Shown here: one piece after another, positions 47,201-59,562 of the stretch
How positions within the stretch are numbered: the first letter of the stretch is position 1
Layout of the letters: each line of letters opens with the position of its first letter
DNA from: the human T2T-CHM13v2.0 reference genome, Homo sapiens
Strand: one strand, 5' to 3'
DNA: 64,000 nt
Assembly: GCF_009914755.1 (NCBI RefSeq)
Contig: NC_060947.1
The notes under the pieces: model-generated
What the model was told of the DNA's origin: nothing
Databases searched by the model: none
What the model saw: the letters and a program-made list of their open reading frames with translations, nothing else
Translations under genes and position numbers: made by a program

Positions 47201-49611
47201 AAAAAAGGATAGATATCCACCATAAGCCCAAAGCAGGATTGTGTGGCATTGGTGCAACTGGCCCATATATGCCTATATGGCTGGCAGGAAAGAGCTGGCA
47301 GAGGATTAGAGGGGTGCAAACACTCACACCCATGTCCTCCAAGGCCATGCACTAAGATCCCTCATCTTGTGGTGTGGGAATCTTGGGAAGAAGTTGTCCA
47401 TTTTAAGTTTTTTCTCCAGTTGCCTCTCTCACCGCATCTCCTACCCATCTGAAGGTTTATATACCTCTTGGGACCAATAAACCAATTTGCCACAGACTTC
47501 ATACAGAGCTCCTTGCCTACCACACGAATCCCAGCCCATATCCTTGCTGTTGTGCCTTTGAGCACATGCAGTGGCTTCCTAGGGCTTTTCTCCAGTATCA
47601 ATGGCTAAACTCAGGAGCTTCTCTTGTTTATGAGAGTGTCAAGTCCCAGCCCTACAAGTGGAGCAGTTGTCTTTTGTGAAGCTTTGGAAGGCTTCAGAGC
47701 AGGACACACAGTTAGAAGTCCTCTGCCCCTTCTATAGTAAGTGATTTCAGCCAACGCTGGGGCTTTGGTGTTTACTGTGATGTTTATGTTCTTATTTGAT
47801 TTCTTGGCATTCAGAATCCTCATTAATATACATTTGTGCCTCCCTGTGGAAACAAAGGATCGTGTTCTGTCTGTATGTGCTCACATTTCTTTATTTAGCC
47901 TGGCACCTGCCTTCTTCCCCAGCATCTGTGTTGTTCCCTTGCAAATCTCCAGAGCTTACAATTCTTAGAAAAAATGATTTCTCTCTAGGAAGATTTCTAT
48001 CTTTCTCTGGAACTATCCTTAAGGGCTAAGCTCTTGTGTCACAGGCAGGTGAGCTGCATCACCCACTCCAGCAGGTGGGGCCGCTGCACATCCCCCAGTC
48101 ACTGGTTCTATAGGCCCCTCTGAGCAGAGGTAGGCATCCCAGGCCAGTGACTGCTGCTTCTGTGGACCCTCTTATGTCAAGCCCCAAAAGTTTCCAAGGA
48201 TGACTCACATGCAAAAATTTGTCACCTGCATTGGGCAGTATGGTGGTTTATACCAGTTGGGCTCCAGGCCAGCTCTGAGCAAGAGGGAAGGTGTCACTGG
48301 AGTATTCATGAGTGGCTGCTGCTCACCAGGCTCCAAGAGAGCTGGCCCTTGGGTTTTAGGAGTTAGGGGGAATGAATGAGACTGTCTCTAAATAGCCCTC
48401 AGGAGCTGGGCCCTGAGCCAGGGGACTTCCTGGATGGATTACTGGACTACAATCTAGATGATGGGCATTTGGGGCCATCCCTCATAAGCATCCACTGGGG
48501 TCTGGGAGCATAGTGTCAGCCTGGCCACTTGTTCACATCTTTATCTCTGGAGGTGACACAGAGGAGACAGCATTGGGTGATTATGTCAAGCCAAGCTAGA
48601 GTCAGCCAGACCTGTAATTATATCCTAGCTTCACCACTTACGTACTTTCTGACTTTGGGCAGGTTGCCTCTCTTATCTCAGTCTCTTATCTCCTCATATG
48701 GGAAATGGAAGGGTTCGATGAGAATGTACTTCACACACCTAGGGCAGTTCCTGGCTTATAGTAGGTGCATAATAATCAAGATCCATTGTTATAAAAATAA
48801 CACTGAACTTGACTGAAATTTGAGTCCCAACACTGACCCCAACTACCTCAGTGCTGACAGGAAAGTCACTCCCCTTTCTTTGCCTCAGTGGTCAAATTGG
48901 ATAACATTCCATGCCCTGCTTCCCTCCTTAGTACTTGGCGAGTTGCAAATGGGATAGAGAACATGAAAGAACTTTGATTCCTGTCAACTGCTGCCCGGGG
49001 GAGAGAGGATTGTCTCAGACTTAAGTTGGGAATACAATTGGAGTCAGTGGAAAGAAAGACGCAGTCATAATGAGCCAAGGTGGCAAAAATGGTCACAACT
49101 CAAGCAGGCAGAATGCCATCATGCTGTCTGGGAAGACACTAAGGGAGAATTGCTAAGAAATCCACTTGCTTTTTTCTTAAGCAATAGCCCTGTCCTCTCC
49201 AAGCAAGTGCACACGACCCCTGCACCCACACCTGAGCACAGGAATATTCACACACTGGCCTGGCAGAAAGGAAATGACACTTCCCCTTGCCTTCTAGTGG
49301 TGTAGCCTCAGACAAAGCATTTCACCTTACAGCATCATGCAAACTCAGGATGGTACCACTCACCACTCTATGTTGATGGGGGCTTATGCAATATTGTGAA
49401 TGTGGAGGTGATTTTTAGTCTATAGTACACTGTACAGAGGTAGGGGGCTGTTTTTATTATGCATCTCTGTATCAGCATTAAATATAAATGGGAATTTGAT
49501 TTAGACTCAGCTAATGTTTTATACACACGCAACCCCTCCTGTGCCCTGTTTCTCCAGGAATGTATCTCCCCTGTGTTGCAGGCCTTGAAAAGGGATTTTG
49601 CACCTATAGGG

Positions 49612-49645
<34 letters not shown>
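49612..49645. repeat. (TG)n microsatellite
   Basis: About 16 TG units abutting the MLT1 end. Confidence 0.95.
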
Positions 49646-49647
<2 letters not shown>

Positions 49648-50111
49648 TAGTATGCTGGGGCTGCTGTAACAAATACAACGAACTGAGTGGTGACTTAAAT
49701 AACAGAAATGTATGATCTCACACTTCTGGGGCTAGGAGTCCAAGATCAAGGTGTTGGTAAGGTTGATTTCTTCTGAAGGCTGTGAGGAATAACTTGGTCC
49801 ATGTATCTCTTCTATCTTTTGGTTTCCCAACCATCCTTGGCATTCCTTGTCGTTTAGAAGCATCACCCTGATCTCTGCCCTCATCTTCACATGACATACT
49901 CTCCAGTGTGTCTCTATGTTTAAATTTCTCCTTCTTATAAGAACACTGGTCATATTGGATTAGGGACCAAACCACTCCAATATGACCTCATCTTAACTTA
50001 TTACATCGTCAATGAACCTATTTCCAAATAAAGCCATATTTTGAGGTATTGGAGTTTAGGATGTCAACATATCAATTTGGTAGAAGGGGGGATGCAATTC
50101 AACCCATAACA
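49643..50111 (-). mobile_element. MaLR solo LTR (MLT1C-like)
   Basis: tgtattagt...ggctgctgtaacaaatac...gtccaagatcaaggtgttgg...catattggattaggg...caattcaacccataaca. Confidence 0.88.
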
Positions 50112-51074
50112 GCTTGTATTGATGGAGCACTATTTTTACAGGACACCCAAGTTTCTGCTTTCCAAGCCATCAGGCTTCTCCACTCTCCCAACTCTTGAGG
50201 ATTTTTTTATCCCTTGTGTCCTAGCCCTGGCACAGATGAATGAAACTTTGGCTCCATCCAGGGTCTAGGTAGCTGATGACAGAGGCATGTGAGGGGCCAG
50301 AGAAATGCTAAGCCTTATAGCCTTGCACACTTATCTGCCTGCACGAGGATGGAGCTCCTGGCATTCTCTGGAACTGATTCCATTCTGTTCTCTGCTGATG
50401 CCAATAGCCACCCCCCCGCCCCCGCCACCACCACTGTGGTGCTGTGGCCCAACTGTCTCCTGAAGGAGCACTTTCCAGCTCCTTGGCTATAGCCCTGCTG
50501 GACCTGGCCTGTTACATGCTTGCCCCAAACAGTGTTCCTGCTGGGAAACTGGTGTGACTCAGCTGCCTGTGAAGTCTCCAGGGCAGGCCTGGGTCTACAT
50601 GACTGTGGCATCTCTGCAGTGGACCATTTGGGTGTACATGGGCCTCCCTTTCCTTTGGCAATGATGCAGCACCGCCCCCATCCTCTGCTGCTGTCCCTGG
50701 TCAGTTCTTGATCCAGAAACTTCCCTATTAATGATGGTAGTCAGAATCTGGGCCCCATTGTTCCTGTGCTCTGGCTTCCAAGAAGCTCAGAGCCAAGTGT
50801 ATTTTGGTCCCAGTGATCTCACCCCCAGGTCTTAGTGAAATGACCTCTTACCTTTCTCTGAGTGTTTCTGTCTCTGTCTTATTGGTTTAGTTCCACTGCT
50901 CCTTTTCATCTATGTTTTTACTATGAGCCACCTCAAATCTTTAGAGAAGTATTTATGATAATTATGTTTTTCTTACTGCAATTTTGGTTGACAGAGGTTT
51001 CCTTGAGCTTATTTATAAGTGAGGTGGGTGAGCAAGCAGGAAGGATCTTCACAAGATGTGGTCAGTGTGGCAGA

Positions 51075-51470
51075 AAGGGCCCCAGGCGTAGAGTGTAGAG
51101 GTCTGGGACTGATTCCTGGCTCTACCACTCTCTAGTTCTATAAAATTAAGACAATCTCCCCAAGCCTCAGTTTTCTGATCTGTCAAATGAGCTAATAATC
51201 TTGCTCTTCCCACTTTAGGAAGCACTTATGGGTCCTAATAAGATTTTTAAAAATTATATCCAATACTTTCATAGACCATGCTGTATGTCAGTCATGACAT
51301 TAAACATGTTCTATGTATTATTTCACTGAACTTGCACAACAACCCATTTTGCAGAGGTGGAAACTGGTGCTCAGGGAAATTAAGAGACTTGGCCCAACTC
51401 ACAGAAGTCAGTTTCCAGCTCCAGGTTCCTGATTACCTGTTCTTACCCACTGTACATCCTGCCTCCCACA
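51075..51470. mobile_element. Two adjacent MIRs in opposite orientation
   Basis: aagcctcagttttctgatctgtcaaatgag (+) followed by ccattttgcagaggtggaaactgg...gacttggcccaactcacag (-). Confidence 0.7.
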
Positions 51471-53419
51471 GTGCATGTGAAAGTTCAAGTGCTGGTGAAA
51501 TGTTTTGCAAATATAAGGTACAATACAAATGCATAAATGATGTTGCCTGTATTTTCATTTTTTCTGGGACTCAGCTTCCCCATTTCCATCCCCAGAATGT
51601 AGAGATTGGCCCCCAGATCCCTTAGCTCTGCTTCCTCTCTGACAAGCTCTCAGTCTGTGTGTATCTTATGAAATATGCAAAACCAGATACAAAAATGTGT
51701 TATTTATTATACTTTTTAAATGATCATATTTGTTACCAGGGTAAAGTGATACTCATGTTAAAAGTTGGCATGCTGTTTGTAATTTTGGCTGCATGATTTG
51801 GTCACGAGACAAAGTCACAAAATAGCTTGGCACCAACTAGAACATTCTAGATTTGTGTGAGGCCCATTCCCCAGCAACCTATCAAAAGTCTTGGCTCTCC
51901 CAGCCCATAAAAGCATGTGTTGCTACCAAAGAATAGGAGCTTATGCCATCTGGGCATTCATGTCAAGCCTCCTGAGGATACCAGCTCCTGCAGGCTTGTT
52001 TTATGAGGCCAGTGCTGGCCTCCACAGTCCCTACACCCAGACAGAAGTGTGCAGGGGAAGAAAATTCCCCAGAAGGGCCTGTCTTTAGCTATCCAATGGG
52101 AGTCCCTGGGAGGAGTGCTCATTGCTAAAAAAGTTGGCCTTTTTTTTTGGAAGGAAATGAGGTTAAAGGCCTTTGAGTTCATCCTCAGTATCCTCTAGAG
52201 CCACAAGCACTGCCAGGCTTCCTGGCTCCCAGCCCTCTCCACCACATAAGCTGAGACCTTTTCAGCTCCACCTACGGGCTGCTTCATGCACACTTGCCAA
52301 GGCTCTCAAACCCATCCTAAGTCACTTGCTTATGGGACTTAGACCGTTGTCAGACGGGGTCCTAGTCATGAGGCACTAGGGCAGGCCATCAGCCTGCCAG
52401 TCAGGAAGTGGAAACCTAGCAGCCAGAGGTTTGGGTGCTCAGCAATAACAGGGAGCCTCAGATGGGACATGGGGCAGGAAGGGAGGCAGAGTCCAGGCCT
52501 GGGACCCAATTCTTGAACTTTTTCCTTGCTCCCCTGAGTACCTGCCTACCTCTGGGTTCTTCCTCTAGTGCCAGTCCCGGTTGTCTGGAACCACCTCTGC
52601 CTCTTCCTATGCCTGTGCTTCTGAGGAATGGGTCCCTACAGTTGTCTCCCCAAAAGGTAGAGTCTCTGAAAAGACACCACAGGTAATAGGGCTACAGAAA
52701 GCATTCAGTTCGCCCCCAGGGTAGCAGCCCAACATCTGTACAGGAGCCAGATGTCTGTGGTCCCCTTTGACACTGGGTGCTTGCAAAGACTACTCAGTCA
52801 TCAATTTCAAACAAGAAACCCTGCAGTAGAAGTGAGAACTACAGGCCAGTTTCCTTCGGTGCTTAGTAGGTGTGAGCAGTGAGTGGACAAGCAGCTCACT
52901 GGTGCTTCTTTTCCACCAATGGGTTGCTTGGCTGTGCCAGCGCCCTTCTCAGCTGACCACACTGCCACAAAAGCAAGCTCCACTTGGCTTCTCTTCCTTG
53001 GGAGTTTTGTAGGGCTGTGAATTCCCAGGGCTTCTTCCCAAGCAGCCTGGCAGAATAAGCCATTCAAACCTCTTTCTGATTTTCCACTGTCTGTATTGTT
53101 CCAGCACAACTCAGACCCTGTTACTCCCTTGCTCAAATCATTCCATGGCTCCCCACGGAATAGAGGCTATAGTCCAAAGTCAGATGCACCTTTCCAGGCC
53201 CTCTGTGATCTGTGTGCAGCCTATGTGCCCAGCCTCCGCTCTCAGGATGTACTCTGCTCCCCCTTGCCTACTTGAGACTCCTTGGTGACATTCTCTACTT
53301 CTCTCTGCCGTGCCCTGGCCCAGACTATCCTTTTCTTCCCAGCCCCATGGCTACCTGGGGCAGCGTACCTTTCTTTTACAGTGAAACTCTAGTTTGTATT
53401 AAGGCCCTATAATATATCA

Positions 53420-53610
53420 AAATATGGACTAGATGCTTTTTACATAACTTTTCATTTAGCCATTTCCTGATGTCAGTCCTATAATATAGGGACAGTATTA
53501 TTCCATTTCACAGGTGAGGAAACTGAGACACAGAAATGTTAACTGCACACCTACAGCCAATACGTGGCAGATCTGGGTATCTGCACTTAGATCTGTCTGA
53601 CTCTCGATCC
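53420..53610 (-). mobile_element. MIR SINE
   Basis: ttattccatttcacaggtgaggaaactgagacacaga. Confidence 0.75.
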
Positions 53611-54611
53611 CTTCTTTCTTCTACTTGGTCTCATTTCTGTTTCTTAGGGCTCACCTCCAAACCTCCTTTTGGAACAACTGTCCCTTTTCCTTCTCCCCCT
53701 ACCACACTGGGCTCAAATTCCCTGGACACCAGCATTCCTGGCCTCTCTCTTGTTCCCATACTCACGCTCTAGCACCCAGCCCAGGCTTTGCGTGATTCAG
53801 GCCAAAGTTAGGCAGGTGGGAGTCGGGTCTACCTCAGCTGGCCTGGGCTCTGGGAAGGGGTGGAAACAGGCAGGCCCTATCTTGGTCACCTGCCTCCTCT
53901 TCCTGAGTGGGAGCAGAGGTATTTGCTAGACCATGCCAGTGGTCTAGGCTGCAGACACTGGGCTCCGTGGGTAGCCACTTCACACCTCCTGTGTGTCACA
54001 AGCAGGCACTCAGTACATCCTGCAGGAGTTGCTTGAATTTTAGAGATCTGGGGGCCTTCCCTGTGACCCTATCATCTGATCTCTCCATTCAGCTCTTCCC
54101 AAGGGAATTAGAGTTCTTTGCCTCCTCCTTGGGACCCAGGGCTGGGTTACAAGAGGCCTAAAGCCTGTCACCCCTCTTCTCTTTCCTGCCCTTGATTCCA
54201 CGCACATATCCTCCTCCCAGGCAATGAGCAAGGCTTCCCCAGCCATACTGGGAGAAGCCATAGGGATTGCAGCTGAAGGTCACCAAAGACTGAATCTGAG
54301 AGCAATGCCATGCCTTCAGGTCCTGGGGCTGGGCCCCAAGTGCCTGCTGCAGGCTGCCGGTCAGTCACAAGTATGCACCCCACTCATTGGGCTCCCAAGC
54401 ACCCAAAAAGAGATGCCTGGCAAGGCTAGGCTGTGCCTTTTGCTCAGCCTATGAAAATGGAGCTGTGCTTAGGGTTTGACCAAGTTTTTAGCAAGAAAAA
54501 GCAACCCAGCAACATTTCAAAAAGGAAGTTTCCATTGCAGGATCTGAGATGTCATGGGGTGCATGGTAGAGGTTGGCAAATTCCAAGAGGTTTGTTCTGG
54601 GATTGTATAGA

Positions 54612-54833
54612 CCTGCAAACTCCCACTATGGTAGCTAGTGGCTACTAGCTACCTCTGGCTATTTTTACATAAATTAAAATTAAGTACAATTAAAAATCCA
54701 ATTCTTCGGTTGCACTAACCATCACATTTCAAGCGCTCCATAGGTACACACGGCTAATGCCTACTATATTGGCCAACACAGATCTGAAACATTTTCATCA
54801 TCAGAAAAAGTTTCATCAGAGAGCACTTAGACT
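54612..54833. mobile_element. hAT-Charlie MER3/MER33-like element
   Basis: tatggtagctag...aattaaaattaa...cacatttcaagcgctc...aacattttcatcatcagaaaaagtttc. Confidence 0.75.
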
Positions 54834-57800
54834 GTTCAGGCCAGGAGGAATGGATGTGGCTTGAACTCCTGCTATAAATATGCTTCTGCATCCTTCCCAC
54901 ACCTCCTGATCCTGCGCAGGTCATTCTTCTCTCTCAAGTGCCATATGTGTGTGAATGTGGCAATACCCACCCCCGTCCCCACCCATGCATGGTCTTCTCG
55001 AGTGGTCCAATTTTCTTGCCTATCTTGTCTTACTGTGGAGTTTATCTTCAACTTTCACTGCAGCTGAAAAGTAAAAAGCTTTACTAGAGGAGCATTTACA
55101 CAAACTAAGAGAGTAATTGGAGCCTCTTTTTGGATACCGCTTCTGACAGTGGTTATACAAAAGTTAGGTGGAGTGAACTGCCCATGGCTGAGAACCAAAT
55201 CGAAATACAATTGATACTTGAGAGGCTATAAAAGGATTCCCCATGTCCAGCCCAAGGAAAAGAGGACTGAAGCTAATTTTTTAAGCCAGAAATGCTTCTT
55301 AAGTGATGTTGTCTGTCAGGATGAATTCTAGCCATTTGCTGGTATTTAAGAATTTGTGAAGAAATAAAGATCCAGCTTGACCATCGAGGCCTGCCAATTG
55401 AGAGCTGGTCTTTTTGCCTTTTTTATAAATCATGGGCAGTGGAAGGGCTGTCATCTGGTCTATGGAGCTTTGAGAGAGGAAGGGAGCATAGAAGGAAAGT
55501 GGTGGTTCCTCGGAAAGCCAGCCTGCCTGCTCAGGGACTGCTGAGAGGTTTCCAATGCAGAGCAGATACCAAGCCTTCCAACACCTTCCATTTATGGGGC
55601 CTCCTATTCTTCAAATGAAAGGAAGTGGGGGCAGGGAGTAGGGTAAGTATAGGAAAAGTCCTAGGAGAAACCAAATGGATAAATGGGCAAAATGCGCCAC
55701 TCAGAATCCACTTTCTTAATAGCCTTGAATACAGCAAAAAGGTACAGAGAGTCTTTCTGCAGTTTCAGCTTGTGATAAAGCATATCAGACCTGGCTTTGA
55801 ATGAGCAATAGCCATTTCTATTACCCTAGTTCTCTCCTCACCTATCCTATCACACATACATACTCCATCCCCATCTTGGCCTCATTTTCAAAAATAGGGT
55901 GTGTCCCATTGGAGGTAAAGGGTATAAGGCATCTCACTGTATTATTTCTTACAACTGCATGTGAATCCATTATCTCAATGTAAAAGTTTAAACATAAAGA
56001 GAGGTGAAAGAAAGTAGTTTCCAGGCTGGTGGCACCTCAGATCAGCCCCTTCCTTCTCTAGGCCTCAGTTTCCTCCTTTATAAAATGGGACTATTGGAGA
56101 AGATGATCTCTGAAGGCCCTTCCAGGTCTGCCGTGCTAGAACACTGGCCAGTGAAAACCTAGGAGAACTCTGAACAACAGCTTTTCTGGGGGCAACCATG
56201 GGGTGGGCTGAGCAGAGGCTGCATCTCTGCTTGACAGAGACAAAGAGGTGGCCCAGAAAAAGCAGCATGGCTGTCCAGGGTACCCAGCCTGTCAGCACTA
56301 GGCTGAGTCTGGAAATCAGGCCACATGGCTCTGAGTCTGTGCTCTTTACCCCCTTGTGAGTCCCATACAGTCTACAGATGGGCAGGAGTCTTGCTATAGG
56401 CATTTTCTCCTGAAGCTTTGTCCCTGCTTTATCCTTGGTGACACAAGGCTGCAGCTCAGGAGGGCAGGAATTGAGCATGGAAACCATGCTGGAAAGAAAG
56501 TATGGGATGGTATTGTTCAGCACGATATTGTCTAGCATCTGGGACAAAGCTGTCCCTTTGTCACCAGAAAGCTGCCACAGTAGGGGCAGGTCTTCACCTC
56601 AGGGACAAGCTCCCTGGTCCTTCTGTGCATCCTGCCATCAGCTCCAGTGAAGCAAGCTCACTTCCTGTCCTCCCCATAAAGATTGTTTAGTCTGGTACCT
56701 CCCTTTCGCCCTGGGAGATGGCTGCCTTCGATTGATTTATCTGGGAAAGTATGTTCAACCTTGCCAGGTCTATTGGAAGTTGCAGAGCATGTGCATTTTA
56801 AGCCCTTTGGTAAGAGGGGAAAACAGCAGCCTTACATCCTTTATCACAATCAAGTGTCTTTTAAAGCAGAGATCCCACCATGTGACTATTGATTTTGCAC
56901 TGGAGCTAGCATTTGGTGAGGCTGTCTGAGATAGTCCTCACTTGCCCATCTTCCCCCTTCTCCACCTGCCTCTTCTTTGCAGCAGCATGCAGGGTAGCTA
57001 GGAGATACATTATGGAAAGGCACCTGAGCACCAGGCTGCTCAGAGGAACCCCAAGGAGTGCCTCTTCCCTTCTGCCCTAAGAGTAGATGGATGGGGCTCC
57101 CTGTCTTCACCGGGATAGCCATGGCATGGCTCCTATGAATCAGAGGCCATCCTACTGCCCTCAGAGGCCCCACCCAGGACTGGGGAAAACTGGCAGGGTG
57201 CCCAGTGCTCTGTCTGCTAGTGGAGCCTGCAGCCTCTGGGATGAGGGCAGGCAGGAAGAGGCAGGCAGACAGGGCTCAAGCTGATGAGCTGAGACCTTTG
57301 GAGACATAGGTTGCTGCATTCACCAAGGACCCTTTCCTCTGCACGGTCAAAACAGCTGATAACAGTGTGACTTCCCCCCAAAAAGCAACAGAGGCCAGCA
57401 TGATGTCATCCATGTCTGGGGTTGGCGGTGGGGGGCGGGGGCTCCACATGTTTGGGCTATTTTTGTGATCAACAGTAAAAAGCCCTGCATTAGTCATGTC
57501 ATGCACAGAAATCTGTCTCATTTCACTCCCGAATCCTCTCTTATTAATGCAATAAATGAAAGGGGGCTCTGGAAAGAACTCCTGAATTTGGCTTCTCTGG
57601 TGGTCAGGGCCCAACATTCCCTCAGCCCCCAGCCCCTGGCTCACTTACTTGCTCCACCATCCACCATTGGATTGCTCCACCATTTCACCAACATTTCCTG
57701 TGTCCAAATCTGAGCCCAAAACTGGGAGAAGGGGCTAAGGATTGGGCCTTGTCCTTGAGGAGCCCACCATCTATGAGGAGGCACCCTGGAGAGGGGCTGG

Positions 57801-57966
57801 TGGGGGCAGGGGAGGTGAGAGTGGTCTCTCCCCTCTTCTCAGAGTGTGGTCACTCAGCTAGCAGCTGCTGAATGAAAGAGGGCAAGGAATACCTTAACAC
57901 TGAGCTTTTCAAACACTGCAAGACCTGGTACCCTTTTCTATCCAGTGTCTGTGCTGACAGACCCCG

Positions 57967-57971
<5 letters not shown>

Positions 57972-57999
<28 letters not shown>
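57972..57999. repeat. Poly(A) tract (28 A)
   Basis: Uninterrupted A run, directly visible. Confidence 0.95.
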
Positions 58000-58000
<1 letters not shown>

Positions 58001-58884
58001 TACTGCTTGGGAGGCTTTTACTGCTTTTTGGTCTATGGAGTTATTTCTAGATTGGGAGGCACAAGTCTAGACTGAGCTGGTCTGTTGCTAGTTTAAGAGC
58101 CCTGAATCCGCAATTGAGTTTTTAAAAGTAAAGCATCTTGGTTACAGAGCGCATATTCCTTCAGTTCCTAAGAGCTGCATGACAGACTGCTTATATTAAG
58201 AAAGAAAAGGCAAACAAGAGTCTGTTGACTATAAATGTTCAAAGCAACTGGCAGGATCATCTCTTGCCAAGATGCAGCCTGAGAGGGACCAGTGGCTGGG
58301 AGTGAGGGCTGTGCTGTCCCAACTGGTGCAATGGCTAATCCTACCCATGACCTGGCACACCACCTAACTGCCCGAACAGGGAAACAGACCAGACAGCTCG
58401 CACCTCAGGAGATGCCCCGTGAGCACCTATCTTTCCCTTCACCTAATCTGATACCATTGTATCCTTTCCTCCCTGCTCTGTTCATTTGGGATTTTGTTGG
58501 GGTCCTCGGTGAAGAAGGTACCTCTTTGAGGATTTTTCTAGAATGCTTCTGAAGGCAGCATCAGCAGCATGTACTAGCCACAATGGTTACTATTCATTCA
58601 TTGAGCACCTGCAGTGTCCCAAGAACTCAACTATTGTCCTGGTAATATCTCTTAAGGGTTGTGAGTCTAAAAATCTTAAATCATTTAAAATTAATTGCAA
58701 TAAGTAAATAGATACAAATTTGACATAATTTTAGACTTAGAGAAGTTGCAAAAATAGGACAAATCGTTCACATATACTTTTGTCCAGCTCCCTTAATGTT
58801 ACAGAAACTTACATAACTTTGGTACAATTATCAAAAACAGATAATCAACATTGATACAATACTATAAACTACAGGCCTTAGGAT

Positions 58885-59035
58885 TGTGATTCTATTATTG
58901 CCCTTTTACACATGAGAAAACTGAGGCTTAGAGAAGTGAAGTGACTTGACCAAAGGTTCCACTCCCAGGAAGTGGGGGAGCTGAGATTGAAACTCAGGGT
59001 TGCCTGCCCATTCTGTCCTCTATAGCACATTGCTT
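58885..59035 (-). mobile_element. MIR SINE
   Basis: ttttacacatgagaaaactgaggcttagagaagtgaagtgacttgaccaaaggt. Confidence 0.8.
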
Positions 59036-59092
59036 CAGCCAGTGACAGCTGGCGATTGTGTCTCTGGTTCTTGTTTAAACACCATTAGCAGC

Positions 59093-59562
59093 TGTATCAG
59101 TTTCCTACTGCTGGAGGTAAAAAATTACCATGCACTTTAGTGGCTTAAAACAACACAGCATTTATTATTTTATACTTCTGGAGGTCAGAAGTCCAAAATG
59201 AATTTCACCGGGCTAAAATCAAGGTGTCAGCAAGATTGTGTTCCTTCTGGAAGCTCTCAAGGAGAAGCTGTTCCCTTTCCTTTTCCAGCTTCTAGAAGCC
59301 ACTGCATTTGTTAGTTTGTGCCGCATCACTCTGACCCCTGCTTCCATCATCGCATCTCCTTCTCTGACTCCCTCTTAAACCTTTGAAGGATTCTTGTGAT
59401 TACACTGAGCCCACCCAGAAAAGCCAGGATAATCTCCCTATTTTAAGATCTTTAACCAAATCACACCTGCAGATTCACCTTTGCTATATAAGGTAACATA
59501 TTCACAGGTTTGGAGACTTAGGATGGGGACATCTTTGAAGGCCAATTATTCAGCCTGCTAGA
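59093..59562 (-). mobile_element. MaLR solo LTR (MLT1D-like)
   Basis: tgtatcagtttccta...tagtggcttaaaacaacac...ttctggaggtcagaagtcc...aaggtaacatattcacagg. Confidence 0.85.
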
